Shown here in pieces: positions 9,242 to 17,974 of a DNA stretch of 64,000 bases (the stretch's first letter is position 1; the number at the start of each line of letters is the position of its first letter). The notes under the pieces were generated by a model that searched no databases, was not told where the DNA came from, and saw only the letters and a list, made by a program, of their open reading frames with translations. This stretch comes from a virus (Duplodnaviria; Caudoviricetes): IMG/VR virus record IMGVR_UViG_3300037067_017823, positions 25,145 to 89,144 of that record. One strand, written 5' to 3'. Position numbers and translations under genes: made by a program.

Positions 9242-9526
9242 TTAATATATTTTTAGTCTTGGACTAGTAGCTTTATCTTCAGACGGAATCGATATTTTTA
9301 CATTTAGTTTTATTTCTATTTTCTTAAGTTGTTCAAGAAATTTTTTCTTATCACTGGGACTGTCGAGAGCATCGAGTTCAGCCTGAATGGCTAGAGGAAG
9401 ATCATGTTCTAAGATTGTGTTTATTTTTTGAAATTTATTGGAACGAAGTCTTTCAAGCTCAGTCTTCTCACTATCGCTATCTCTCTATTCTCTAATAACC
9501 TTTCTTATTTCTTTTCTTAGGTTCAT
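9242..9526 (-). pseudogene. 94-codon ORF interrupted by one in-frame TAG at codon 14 (9485-9487)
   Basis: MNLRKEIRKVIRE*RDSDSEKTELERLRSNKFQKINTILEHDLPLAIQAELDALDSPSDKKKFLEQLKKIEIKLNVKISIPSEDKATSPRLKIY; ATGA overlap with upstream gene; fills an otherwise empty 300 nt gap. Confidence 0.7.
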
Positions 9527-9846
9527 CTTCTCTCGTATCCTTTAATTCCGAGTTCTTCTCCTATATCGCCTTCTGTTTCATTTGTTATACTATTAAGATT
9601 CATAAATGCTTCTTCAAAATTATCCCAAGCGTCTTTTACATTTCTAGGAAGTTTATTGTACGAAGAATTTGAAAATTTTATAGAAGCCCAAAGGCCACTG
9701 CCACTGCCCCCAGGACTGCGCCGACCTATTGTTTTTTCTAGTTCACGTAGTGCTTCAAATTGTTCTTCTTTAGAATAATCTTTTCCAAATCCAGGAATCT
9801 CTTCGTCTTTTGACATAACTTCTCTGATCGTCTTTCTTAAGTTCAT
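9523..9846 (-). CDS. Small hypothetical protein with MNLRKTIRE leader (start revised to 9846)
   Basis: ATG 9846 has GGAAGG SD and avoids overlap with 9848-10243. Confidence 0.75.
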   Translation of the reverse strand: MNLRKTIREVMSKDEEIPGFGKDYSKEEQFEALRELEKTIGRRSPGGSGSGLWASIKFSNSSYNKLPRNVKDAWDNFEEAFMNLNSITNETEGDIGEELGIKGYERR

Positions 9847-9847
9847 G

Positions 9848-10243
9848 TTATTCCTTCCCTTCTTTCTGATCCATTTCATAGAGCTTTTTAAATGTGAGCT
9901 TAAAGCGTCCATTGAGTGATATACATTCAACGTCTGAACTCTCAGCAACAATTTTTGCCTTGAGTGTCTCATCAAAGTCTTTCTTCAGATTTTCCTTCAG
10001 TTTCTTGAGAAGACCATCAACATTCGCCGATGCTTCTTTGAGAGCATTGTTTTTTCTATCTGGATCTTGAAGATGATTTTCATATGACGAACAATAGATA
10101 CAAAATTGTTTATCTTCATTAAACTTTATTCCGAAACCGATAGATGGAGAAGTCTTTTCTATACTGTTGAAAGATCGAGAGATTTTGTCCCATATATTTA
10201 GAACGTTTTCGAGATGATTTGATTCTTCTTTTTTTTCTGACAT
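9848..10243 (-). CDS. Hypothetical protein (head/packaging region)
   Basis: 131 aa ORF, GGGA SD. Confidence 0.7.
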   Translation of the reverse strand: MSEKKEESNHLENVLNIWDKISRSFNSIEKTSPSIGFGIKFNEDKQFCIYCSSYENHLQDPDRKNNALKEASANVDGLLKKLKENLKKDFDETLKAKIVAESSDVECISLNGRFKLTFKKLYEMDQKEGKE

Positions 10244-10273
10244 TATTGTTATTCCCTTATAATAAATATATCA

Positions 10274-10528
10274 TCACTTATAGATTTGAAAGCCTTTTCC
10301 TTCATTTTCTTTACGAATCTCTTCGAATGCACAAAGAACCTTCTTTTTATATTCTTCACTGAGTTCTGGAGCTCCAGATGCAACTATATGAGTTTCGAGA
10401 TCAGAAGCACAATCGAGGCATATACCAAGACGTTCCCACATGAATACATCAAATGGACGGAGAATCTTTCCACATTTCTCACCATTTTTAAGATTTGGAC
10501 AGAAATACGGTACTTTATCGAGGGCCAT
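10274..10528 (-). CDS. Small zinc-binding protein (CPN..CG / CLDC)
   Basis: Two Cys pairs; GGAAGG SD. Confidence 0.7.
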   Translation of the reverse strand: MALDKVPYFCPNLKNGEKCGKILRPFDVFMWERLGICLDCASDLETHIVASGAPELSEEYKKKVLCAFEEIRKENEGKGFQIYK

Positions 10529-10544
10529 TATTTTTCCTTCCTTC

Positions 10545-11513
10545 TTACAAATTGCCGATTAGCGTTAAGCCATAATAGGCGTGGTCATTATAGTTTTCAA
10601 TTGTTCCGTCGAATGCCATATCATAATAGAAAGCACCAAGTAAATTTAAGTGGTCTGTGATTTTGTAACCGAGCATTCCGCTTGCTAACATTCCGCCTCC
10701 ACCAGCAGCAATGCCGCCACCAAGTTGGAGCTTCTGCCACCATTTTTGTTCAAATGGCTCAATTGTGATTTCTGATCTTATTCTTGAAATATCAATATTT
10801 GGTGAGTTAGAATCTATCAGCGTTGTCCAAGTACCAGATTCGTCTTGCGCAAGAACGATACTTAAAAGGATGTCTTGAAGCCATTTTAATTCTAAATGAT
10901 ACGTTCCCAATTCGTTTACACTAATACCACTCTCAGTAAATCCGGTTATTGTCAACAAAGGATCGCTATGATCTTCGAATGGTACCCGAACAATATTTGT
11001 TGCAAGACATTCATTACAAACATTTATATTTTCGGTCGAAGGTTGATCGTTGCTATGAACAGAGCAATTGTCACCACTAGCGTTATTGTTGACACTACCA
11101 TTATTTCCTGTCTCCCTTACTATTATTGTCGTCGTAGACGGTTGAGTCGTTGTTGCTGGCCTTGGAATTATTGCTGTTGCTCCAGACTGACCTTCGAGAA
11201 TCTTTTTTATTGATGCCTGAATTTGAATTTGAGCACCATAAACTTGAGAAAGATCATATTTGTCAAGAATCTCTTTCAGTTTCTTTGTGAGAAGATCTTC
11301 AGACAACTGACTATTTTGTATAGTCTTGATTCCATAAATTGTATCATCGAGTTTTTTTGTTTGATAGTTACTATCTTCGAGTAATTGACTAAGAAGTTGA
11401 TTATTGTTTTCTCGCAAAGAGTCTATAGAGCATTTATGCCATATTGATCCTGCAGCTATAACGAGAATTAAAAGTGCTATGATATAGAACCAACCAGATT
11501 TCCAAAATTGCAT
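10545..11513 (-). CDS. Membrane-anchored protein, possible unimolecular spanin-like lysis protein
   Basis: N-terminal TM helix, helical segment, Thr/Pro linker, C-terminal Gly/aromatic beta-strands; GGAG SD. Function is inference. Confidence 0.45.
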   Translation of the reverse strand: MQFWKSGWFYIIALLILVIAAGSIWHKCSIDSLRENNNQLLSQLLEDSNYQTKKLDDTIYGIKTIQNSQLSEDLLTKKLKEILDKYDLSQVYGAQIQIQASIKKILEGQSGATAIIPRPATTTQPSTTTIIVRETGNNGSVNNNASGDNCSVHSNDQPSTENINVCNECLATNIVRVPFEDHSDPLLTITGFTESGISVNELGTYHLELKWLQDILLSIVLAQDESGTWTTLIDSNSPNIDISRIRSEITIEPFEQKWWQKLQLGGGIAAGGGGMLASGMLGYKITDHLNLLGAFYYDMAFDGTIENYNDHAYYGLTLIGNL

Positions 11514-11540
11514 TTTACATCTCCATCAATAATTATTGAT

Positions 11541-14500
11541 TCACACAAATATTTTTGACTCTTTATCTGTGCGCTGTATTTCTATTCTTGAATCAACGAT
11601 GTCCTTAATTGCTGAAATATGTGTTATTACTATTACGTTTTTGAAGTATTTTCTTATATAGTCGAAAATTGATGTGAACTTTGGAAGAAGTTTTGAGTCA
11701 AAAGCACCAAAAGCTTCATCAATAATGAAACCACTCATCTTTGGAAGCGTACAAATGTTTATGAGAGCGAGTCTTATTGCCATAGATGAAATAGCTTCTT
11801 CAGCACCAGATTCTAGTTCTAAGTGTACTTTCTGATCACCATCTTTTATAAAAAGTTCAATACCAGACTTTTCTTCATTTTCTTCTAAGAGAACATCAAA
11901 CGAAAAACCATTTTCAACTAGGACGTTATGAATCTCTGTGTTTATTATTTCTAGGTTTTCAACTATAGCTTCAAGTTGAATTCCAGTTCTCGATGTTAGT
12001 TCAAGATATTTTTCATATGCATCATATTTCTTCTTCGTTTCAAAGAACTTGAATTTGCTGTCAGTTGACTGTTGCAGCTTCGCTTTGGCAGCTCCTATTG
12101 ATTGTACAATAAGATTGTGTTTTTTCTCTACTTGCACCACACTGTTTTCAATTTCTTTTTGTTCACTTGTTATAGTGCTGATTTCTGTGTTTATTCTATT
12201 ATTTTGTTCTATCAGCTCTTTATTTTTATTTACTTTGTCTATTTTTTCTTGTATTGTCTTCAGTGTGTTTAAGATATTATTTAGTTGTTGTTGAACTGAA
12301 TTTATGTTTGAGTTGCTCTTATTTACTTTACTATTTAATGACGATATTTCTTTCTGAATACTTTCTTTTTTAGCTTTATTTATTTTGTATTTATTGTATT
12401 CGTTTTCTATCTCTATTTTTCTTTCACTTGAACTTTTCAGTTCATTTGTTAGGTTCTCAATTTCATTATCGACTTTTAATAATTCGGTTTTCTTTTCTAT
12501 TGCATCCTTTATAAAAATACAATCGGCTCTATCACAATTTACCTTATCAAGAATCGATGTAGCTTTTACTATATTCTCTTTTTGTTTGCTTACTATAATA
12601 AGTGCGTTTTCTATTTTATCGATTATCTTTTGATTGAGAGAATAGCTCTGTTCAATAGAAGAATCAACATTTATTTGTGAACAAGCTTCAGATAAGAAAA
12701 ATATTTTTCCGAGATATTCTCCTACATTTTTGTTTTCTTCATCGAGAGAAATATTACAGTTGTTTACTTTAACATCGAGTTCGTTTTTCTTTTCGGTTAG
12801 CAAATCTATAGATTCTTTAACATCTATTCCATTATTCAATGAGCTTTTTAGTTCAAATATTTTAGAAACAACATTACTAAGTTTCTCTTTTTTATTTTCA
12901 AGCTCTCTACTAATAACGTCATATTGTGTTTCTTGAATCGCAACTTCACTTGTTGCTTCAAAAATTTGCTTATCGAAATCAACGTCTTTATATGCTTTTA
13001 TTGCCGATTTTAAGTCGTCAGATTCTTCTTTTGCAATCTTGTATTTTGCTTTGTATACATCAAGACCAAGGAACGTTGAAAGAACATTAAGTCGTTCAGA
13101 TTCAATATTTTTCACAAAGTTGTTCATCATTCCAGACGGAGCAAGAGATGTCATAATAAAAGAATCAAAAGTACCAAATATCTGTCTTATGTTTCTATCA
13201 GTTTCGTTTCTATCTATTCCATTAAGAGATATTTCAATTCCGCCTGATATTTTTTTGAAATCTACAGATGTTGATGCACTATCTTTTTTTCTTGTTATTT
13301 TTCTCTCAATAACATACTCATCTCCTGTATTCGTAGAGATAAGCATTTTGCTGATAGCATCTTTTTTTCCATGGTGAATTATCCAACTTGATTTCTTACT
13401 CTTTTTAGAGGTCTCATTAAATAGTGTCCAAAGAATGATATCAATGAGAGACGATTTTCCCATTCTGTTTTCAGCAATAACACCAGTAACTCCATTTAGT
13501 TTTGTGAAATCGATTTTATTATCTTCACCATAAGCTAGAATATTAGACCAAGAAAGTTCTTTGATTTCCCAAATAAGACCTCTATTTGCAAATAAACCAA
13601 CATCTATTTTTGTTTCTATGTCTCTATCAAGTGCAACAATCTGTTCTTTTAGATCTATGTTTTTGTTTTCAAGATATTTCTCAAGAGAAAAAGATATTTT
13701 GCTGTTTTGTTTTTGAGAATTTATACTGATGTTATTGTTCTTTATTGGAGTAACTTCATTCGCATCATACTTCGTATATAGAGAGCTTACAAATTCATGG
13801 AGTTTCTTTTTGTCAATCGACGCTGGATAATATACTTTTATATTGCTATTATTGAGCAGTTTCGTTGATTCAGTGATGTTGAAGTTCTCATCAATAGTCA
13901 GAGAGCAATATAGACCTTTCGGATAAATAAATTCTTTCTTTACACTAAACTTATTCTTGTCCTCGATATCCCAAACCAAAAAGCCTTTATCGAGAGACTC
14001 GCCAGCGTTTTGCTGAATGAATGAACCAGCATAACGAAAGCGCCCTTCTTTGTCAAGAGACTGTCCTTTATGTATATCACCGAACATCCCAATATCACAT
14101 CCATCGAAGTAATCAAGTTTATAGTTTGATGATAAAGAAAAATCAAGATCAGTAATAGCAGAATCAACTATATCATGAAACAGAGCAATCGTAACTTTGT
14201 CTGAATTGTCGACAACTGGTTTTTCGTCATCAAGAATTGAATAAACAACATAGCGAAACTTATCATTTATATCATAAATTCCAGATTTTTTAAATAGAGT
14301 TAGGTTTTCTATGTTTGTCCTTTTTATAAGGGACACAATTGGTGAAATAGCATTTTGCCGATTACGATTTTTAAGGTTACAGTCGTGGTTTCCTACAACT
14401 AGATCAAGACGTTTTGTGAGACGAGAAACATTAATTAAAAATTCAGAACATAAGTCTACGAATTCTGGAGAAAGCTCTGTCTTATTATGTGCTAGATCCC

Positions 14501-14627
14501 CAACAATAACAACTGCATCTGGTTTAATAACTTCGAGTCTTTTGTAAAACTCAGAAAAAACTTCTCTATATTGTTCGTGACGAATTGCATTGTGAATATG
14601 CACATCAGCAAGGTGTACTATAATCAT
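11541..14627 (-). CDS. Fused Mre11/SbcD-Rad50/SbcC (T4 gp47-gp46-like) recombination nuclease-ATPase
   Basis: HLADVH, GDL, GNHD, GDIH phosphoesterase motifs; GKSS Walker A, long coiled coil, ESGAE signature, IIDEAFG Walker B, ITH switch. Confidence 0.93.
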   Translation of the reverse strand: MIIVHLADVHIHNAIRHEQYREVFSEFYKRLEVIKPDAVVIVGDLAHNKTELSPEFVDLCSEFLINVSRLTKRLDLVVGNHDCNLKNRNRQNAISPIVSLIKRTNIENLTLFKKSGIYDINDKFRYVVYSILDDEKPVVDNSDKVTIALFHDIVDSAITDLDFSLSSNYKLDYFDGCDIGMFGDIHKGQSLDKEGRFRYAGSFIQQNAGESLDKGFLVWDIEDKNKFSVKKEFIYPKGLYCSLTIDENFNITESTKLLNNSNIKVYYPASIDKKKLHEFVSSLYTKYDANEVTPIKNNNISINSQKQNSKISFSLEKYLENKNIDLKEQIVALDRDIETKIDVGLFANRGLIWEIKELSWSNILAYGEDNKIDFTKLNGVTGVIAENRMGKSSLIDIILWTLFNETSKKSKKSSWIIHHGKKDAISKMLISTNTGDEYVIERKITRKKDSASTSVDFKKISGGIEISLNGIDRNETDRNIRQIFGTFDSFIMTSLAPSGMMNNFVKNIESERLNVLSTFLGLDVYKAKYKIAKEESDDLKSAIKAYKDVDFDKQIFEATSEVAIQETQYDVISRELENKKEKLSNVVSKIFELKSSLNNGIDVKESIDLLTEKKNELDVKVNNCNISLDEENKNVGEYLGKIFFLSEACSQINVDSSIEQSYSLNQKIIDKIENALIIVSKQKENIVKATSILDKVNCDRADCIFIKDAIEKKTELLKVDNEIENLTNELKSSSERKIEIENEYNKYKINKAKKESIQKEISSLNSKVNKSNSNINSVQQQLNNILNTLKTIQEKIDKVNKNKELIEQNNRINTEISTITSEQKEIENSVVQVEKKHNLIVQSIGAAKAKLQQSTDSKFKFFETKKKYDAYEKYLELTSRTGIQLEAIVENLEIINTEIHNVLVENGFSFDVLLEENEEKSGIELFIKDGDQKVHLELESGAEEAISSMAIRLALINICTLPKMSGFIIDEAFGAFDSKLLPKFTSIFDYIRKYFKNVIVITHISAIKDIVDSRIEIQRTDKESKIFV

Positions 14628-15555
14628 TCATCTCTCCCATTTTTATATTGAATAAGAACCGATCATCAACAGTCATTGCACTACTTCTTCTTGAAATAAA
14701 TTCGTCTTTCGACATTTCTCCAACATCTTTATATGGTCTTACATCTATGAACTTAACTGTAAGATCATATTGTAATAGCTTCTTACAAATTCTAACTAGT
14801 TTCGAATTGTTATCTTCAAATTTGTATGTATCAGGATCGAGAACAAGAAATATTTCTGGACATTTTTGTTTCACGCACTTTTCTATTAAGTTTTCATATA
14901 CAGAAGATCCAAGAAGAGGAATAGAGTTTCTTCCACAAACAAACGAATCAAAGATTCCTTCACAAATTGTAATCGGCTTCGAGAAATCTATATTTTGTTC
15001 ATTAAAGATTATGTTCTGTCTTTCAGCTGTAGGGTTTTTATGTTTTTGTCGGCTTTCTGAACTCAAGAATAATCGTGTTACAAAGTAGTTTAGTTTCCCA
15101 TTAGAATCGAATGATGGAAATATTATTCTGCCCCTATATTCGCCAGATTCACAATAACCGATTTTGTTTCTTAGAATCTGTAAGTCTTCTACGTTTCTAC
15201 TCCTAAGATATGCTAGAGCTTGATTGTAAAAAATTGATTTTTGTTTGTAACAAAGCGGAAGAAATTCGTCTGGAAGTTTTACGATCTGAGCTTGTTGTTT
15301 GTTTTCCTCGAAGATTTCCTCGACATGATAATGAGTGTTTTTTAGAAGCGACGTATCGAACTTAAGTTTTTTGAAAAGAGAGTGAATAGAACGCGCAGAT
15401 AGATCACAAATCCAACAGTGACACTTTTGCGTGATTAAGTTGATACAGAGCTTTCTTTTATGATGGTCATGCTTAGGACAGAAAAACGCAATTTCATCAC
15501 CCTTAATGTAACCTTCTTCGTTGAACGCTCTTCTTAAAATATCTACGAGATCCAC
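14605..15555 (-). CDS. DNA primase (T4 gp61/DnaG-like)
   Basis: CPKHDH..CHCWIC zinc finger, YRGRIIFP, CEGIFD and LDPD TOPRIM motifs, KDVGE. Confidence 0.92.
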   Translation of the reverse strand: MDLVDILRRAFNEEGYIKGDEIAFFCPKHDHHKRKLCINLITQKCHCWICDLSARSIHSLFKKLKFDTSLLKNTHYHVEEIFEENKQQAQIVKLPDEFLPLCYKQKSIFYNQALAYLRSRNVEDLQILRNKIGYCESGEYRGRIIFPSFDSNGKLNYFVTRLFLSSESRQKHKNPTAERQNIIFNEQNIDFSKPITICEGIFDSFVCGRNSIPLLGSSVYENLIEKCVKQKCPEIFLVLDPDTYKFEDNNSKLVRICKKLLQYDLTVKFIDVRPYKDVGEMSKDEFISRRSSAMTVDDRFLFNIKMGEMNDYSTPC

Positions 15556-15569
15556 AGGGTTATTATATG

Positions 15570-16091
15570 TTATGAGGTTTGTTTTGTTTTTTTAACAATA
15601 GCGAGATTAATAGCTATCGCATCTGAAACGTCCCAATTTCTTTTATCGATGTTATCGTTTCTATTGAGAAGAACAAATAGATTATTACTTTTGTCAATAA
15701 AATCAAATATTTGCTGCTTTTTATCAACACTAGAATTTTTATCAATTTTTATTCCGATTATTTTTCTAACAGATGAAGCGTTTATATATTCTGGATATAG
15801 TTTATACTTCTCAAATAGAAAGAACGAAAATGAAGCATTCATCTTTGCTAAAGTTATTATTGTATTAATAGAAGATAAACCATAAGAGAAACTTTTGAGA
15901 CTTTCTTCTATTACAACTTTATCTACATTTTGCGGGAATTCAAAAATATCTTTGAATGCAACAATCTTATTTAGTAAAAACTCTGAATCTATTTTTGATA
16001 TATCGACGAATCCATATCGAGTAATGTTTCCATTATCAGTTAGACAATAACCTATACAAGAACTGCTAACGTCGAATGTTAGGATAATCAC
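15570..16091 (-). CDS. RuvC-like Holliday junction resolvase
   Basis: ILTFDVSSSCIGY, VVIEE, DVSDAIAI catalytic motifs. Confidence 0.85.
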   Translation of the reverse strand: MIILTFDVSSSCIGYCLTDNGNITRYGFVDISKIDSEFLLNKIVAFKDIFEFPQNVDKVVIEESLKSFSYGLSSINTIITLAKMNASFSFFLFEKYKLYPEYINASSVRKIIGIKIDKNSSVDKKQQIFDFIDKSNNLFVLLNRNDNIDKRNWDVSDAIAINLAIVKKTKQTS

Positions 16092-17761
16092 AGATCTATT
16101 CTCAATTTAAAGAGCAGTTTGTCGTTTGGAAGCTTTCTAATTGGAGAAGCAAATTTTGTAGCACCAACAAGTTTATATTCTTTGTCATATAAACCAATAC
16201 CAGTTATCCATGTCTTATCTTCAGAACCTGTATATATTTTTATCTTCTCATTATTTTCTGCAAGAGTATAAGCCGACTCATTATTTGAAAAATTAGCTTC
16301 ATGATCTTTGATGTGACAAAAAACGTTTTGAACGTATATGTTGTTTGATCCCGTAAATGAAATTTCATATGTTATATCAGAAGATGTTATTGGCCACGAT
16401 CCAGTAAATAGTGAATTTGTTAAAAATGCAATACCTTCAGAATAGAAAATATTTCCTATTTTCGAATCACAGTTTGCAGTTAGACAGTTATGCAAGCATG
16501 TTGGTGGTGGATAACCTATTACAGAAGACGTAGTAGCTCCAATCACAGTATCATATGTTGAACCTATTTCTTCATGAACGGTTGGTCCTGCAAAAATTTC
16601 ATCAAGCCACCAATGTTTAACAAGCGACTCTGTGCTTACAATTGTTCCACTGTAATCATCAGTGATTTCACCTGCAGTCCAAGAACGAGAATAAATTCTC
16701 ATATCATATAGACAACCAGGAAATGGATGTAAAATTGATGGTGTGTCGTTGTAAACACCTATAAACATGTTTCCAGCATCGATTGACATAGAACCAACTG
16801 TTCTCGTTCCGTGATTTGCACCGTCTACGTAATATGTAACTTCGTTCGATGAAGAATTATAAATCATTACAGTTCGATACCATGTTCCTATCGAAACTTC
16901 TTTTGTTGATAATGGAGTTACAGTTGAGTTGCCACCACCAAAATACAAGATTGGTTCAACCATTTCTGGCGGTTCAGTAAACCATTGTGGTCCCCAACCT
17001 TTTTCCCAAGTTGGCCAATATGGCGACATATATATTTGAGAAGGCCAGTCAGGAACCCATTGTTCTTCGTGTGGCGGCCAACCGAGAACGTCTGCATTTC
17101 CAAAAGAACCGCTTTCGGCAAAAACACCAAAAACAACAGTATCAAACCCAGTATTATACCCGCCACCAGCAAGAGCAATATGAGAATATCCTATTCCATT
17201 TATTCCAGTTAGTTTCAACCAACAAGCAATTGTAAATGAACTTGTTACAACCGGAGCTGTTGAGACTACTCTATCATCGATGCCATCAAAACAGGTAACG
17301 TTTAAGCTACTAGAATTAAAATAACAATTTGAATAAAGAGAACCATAGCCATCGTCCCATACATATCTTTTTTGTCCAGAACTAGAAATTTCTGTTACTC
17401 GAAACTTGCTTCTTACGATTTCTTTTCCGAAGAATGCTTTTGGAATATCAGCAACGCTCATACTTCCAGTATATTGAGCCAGAGATTCATAATCTGCCCA
17501 ATAACCTCCGAAATAATTTTGTAACTGATTTACTGTCCGACCTCTACTCGAAGCTATATCTACGTCATTATAAATATTTAGAGAAGATGTTGTTCTTCTT
17601 AAAGGTTCATCAGTTGTTATGTAGTAATATGAATGACTATCGTTGTAATAGTCTCTAAATGATAGATATTGAGAACTTGTATTTGTTATTCTGTATTCTG
17701 GAAATGCCTCAATTTGAGTTACAAAGGTGTCTCTATTCTTATTGAGGCGATAGTATGTCAT
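16088..17761 (-). CDS. Putative baseplate/tail structural protein with LamG (concanavalin-like) domain
   Basis: FTIACWLK..WYRTVM..YYVDG..YDMRIYSR LamG pattern; C-terminal TGIGLYD..GATKFASPIRK..KLRIDL shared with 19455-20462. Confidence 0.7.
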   Translation of the reverse strand: MTYYRLNKNRDTFVTQIEAFPEYRITNTSSQYLSFRDYYNDSHSYYYITTDEPLRRTTSSLNIYNDVDIASSRGRTVNQLQNYFGGYWADYESLAQYTGSMSVADIPKAFFGKEIVRSKFRVTEISSSGQKRYVWDDGYGSLYSNCYFNSSSLNVTCFDGIDDRVVSTAPVVTSSFTIACWLKLTGINGIGYSHIALAGGGYNTGFDTVVFGVFAESGSFGNADVLGWPPHEEQWVPDWPSQIYMSPYWPTWEKGWGPQWFTEPPEMVEPILYFGGGNSTVTPLSTKEVSIGTWYRTVMIYNSSSNEVTYYVDGANHGTRTVGSMSIDAGNMFIGVYNDTPSILHPFPGCLYDMRIYSRSWTAGEITDDYSGTIVSTESLVKHWWLDEIFAGPTVHEEIGSTYDTVIGATTSSVIGYPPPTCLHNCLTANCDSKIGNIFYSEGIAFLTNSLFTGSWPITSSDITYEISFTGSNNIYVQNVFCHIKDHEANFSNNESAYTLAENNEKIKIYTGSEDKTWITGIGLYDKEYKLVGATKFASPIRKLPNDKLLFKLRIDL

Positions 17762-17779
17762 TTCTCAACATCGAACTTC

Positions 17780-17959
17780 TTATTCAAAGAGTTTTTCTAT
17801 TGTCTTTATTAATTCTTTTTTGTCACCTATTATTTTGATCGCCCCACCGAAATCGTCTTTAATCTCTAACCACAAAGACTCTTCATCTCTGAACAAAGAA
17901 AAAATAGGACAGCAAGAACCCGGTCGGCAATAGCTCAGTTCTTTTATTTTCTCTTTCAT
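17780..17959 (-). CDS. 59 aa hypothetical protein with CRPGSCCP motif (below ORF-track cutoff)
   Basis: MKEKIKELSYCRPGSCCPIFSLFRDEESLWLEIKDDFGGAIKIIGDKKELIKTIEKLFE; AGGA SD; fills gap. Confidence 0.75.
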   Translation of the reverse strand: MKEKIKELSYCRPGSCCPIFSLFRDEESLWLEIKDDFGGAIKIIGDKKELIKTIEKLFE

Positions 17960-17974
17960 ATATTTATTCCTTTC

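Noticed and set aside
9847-9975. N-terminal extension of ORF 9523-9975 given in the ORF track
   Set aside because: It overlaps gene 9848-10243 by 128 nt; ATG 9846 has an SD and gives the family leader MNLRK.
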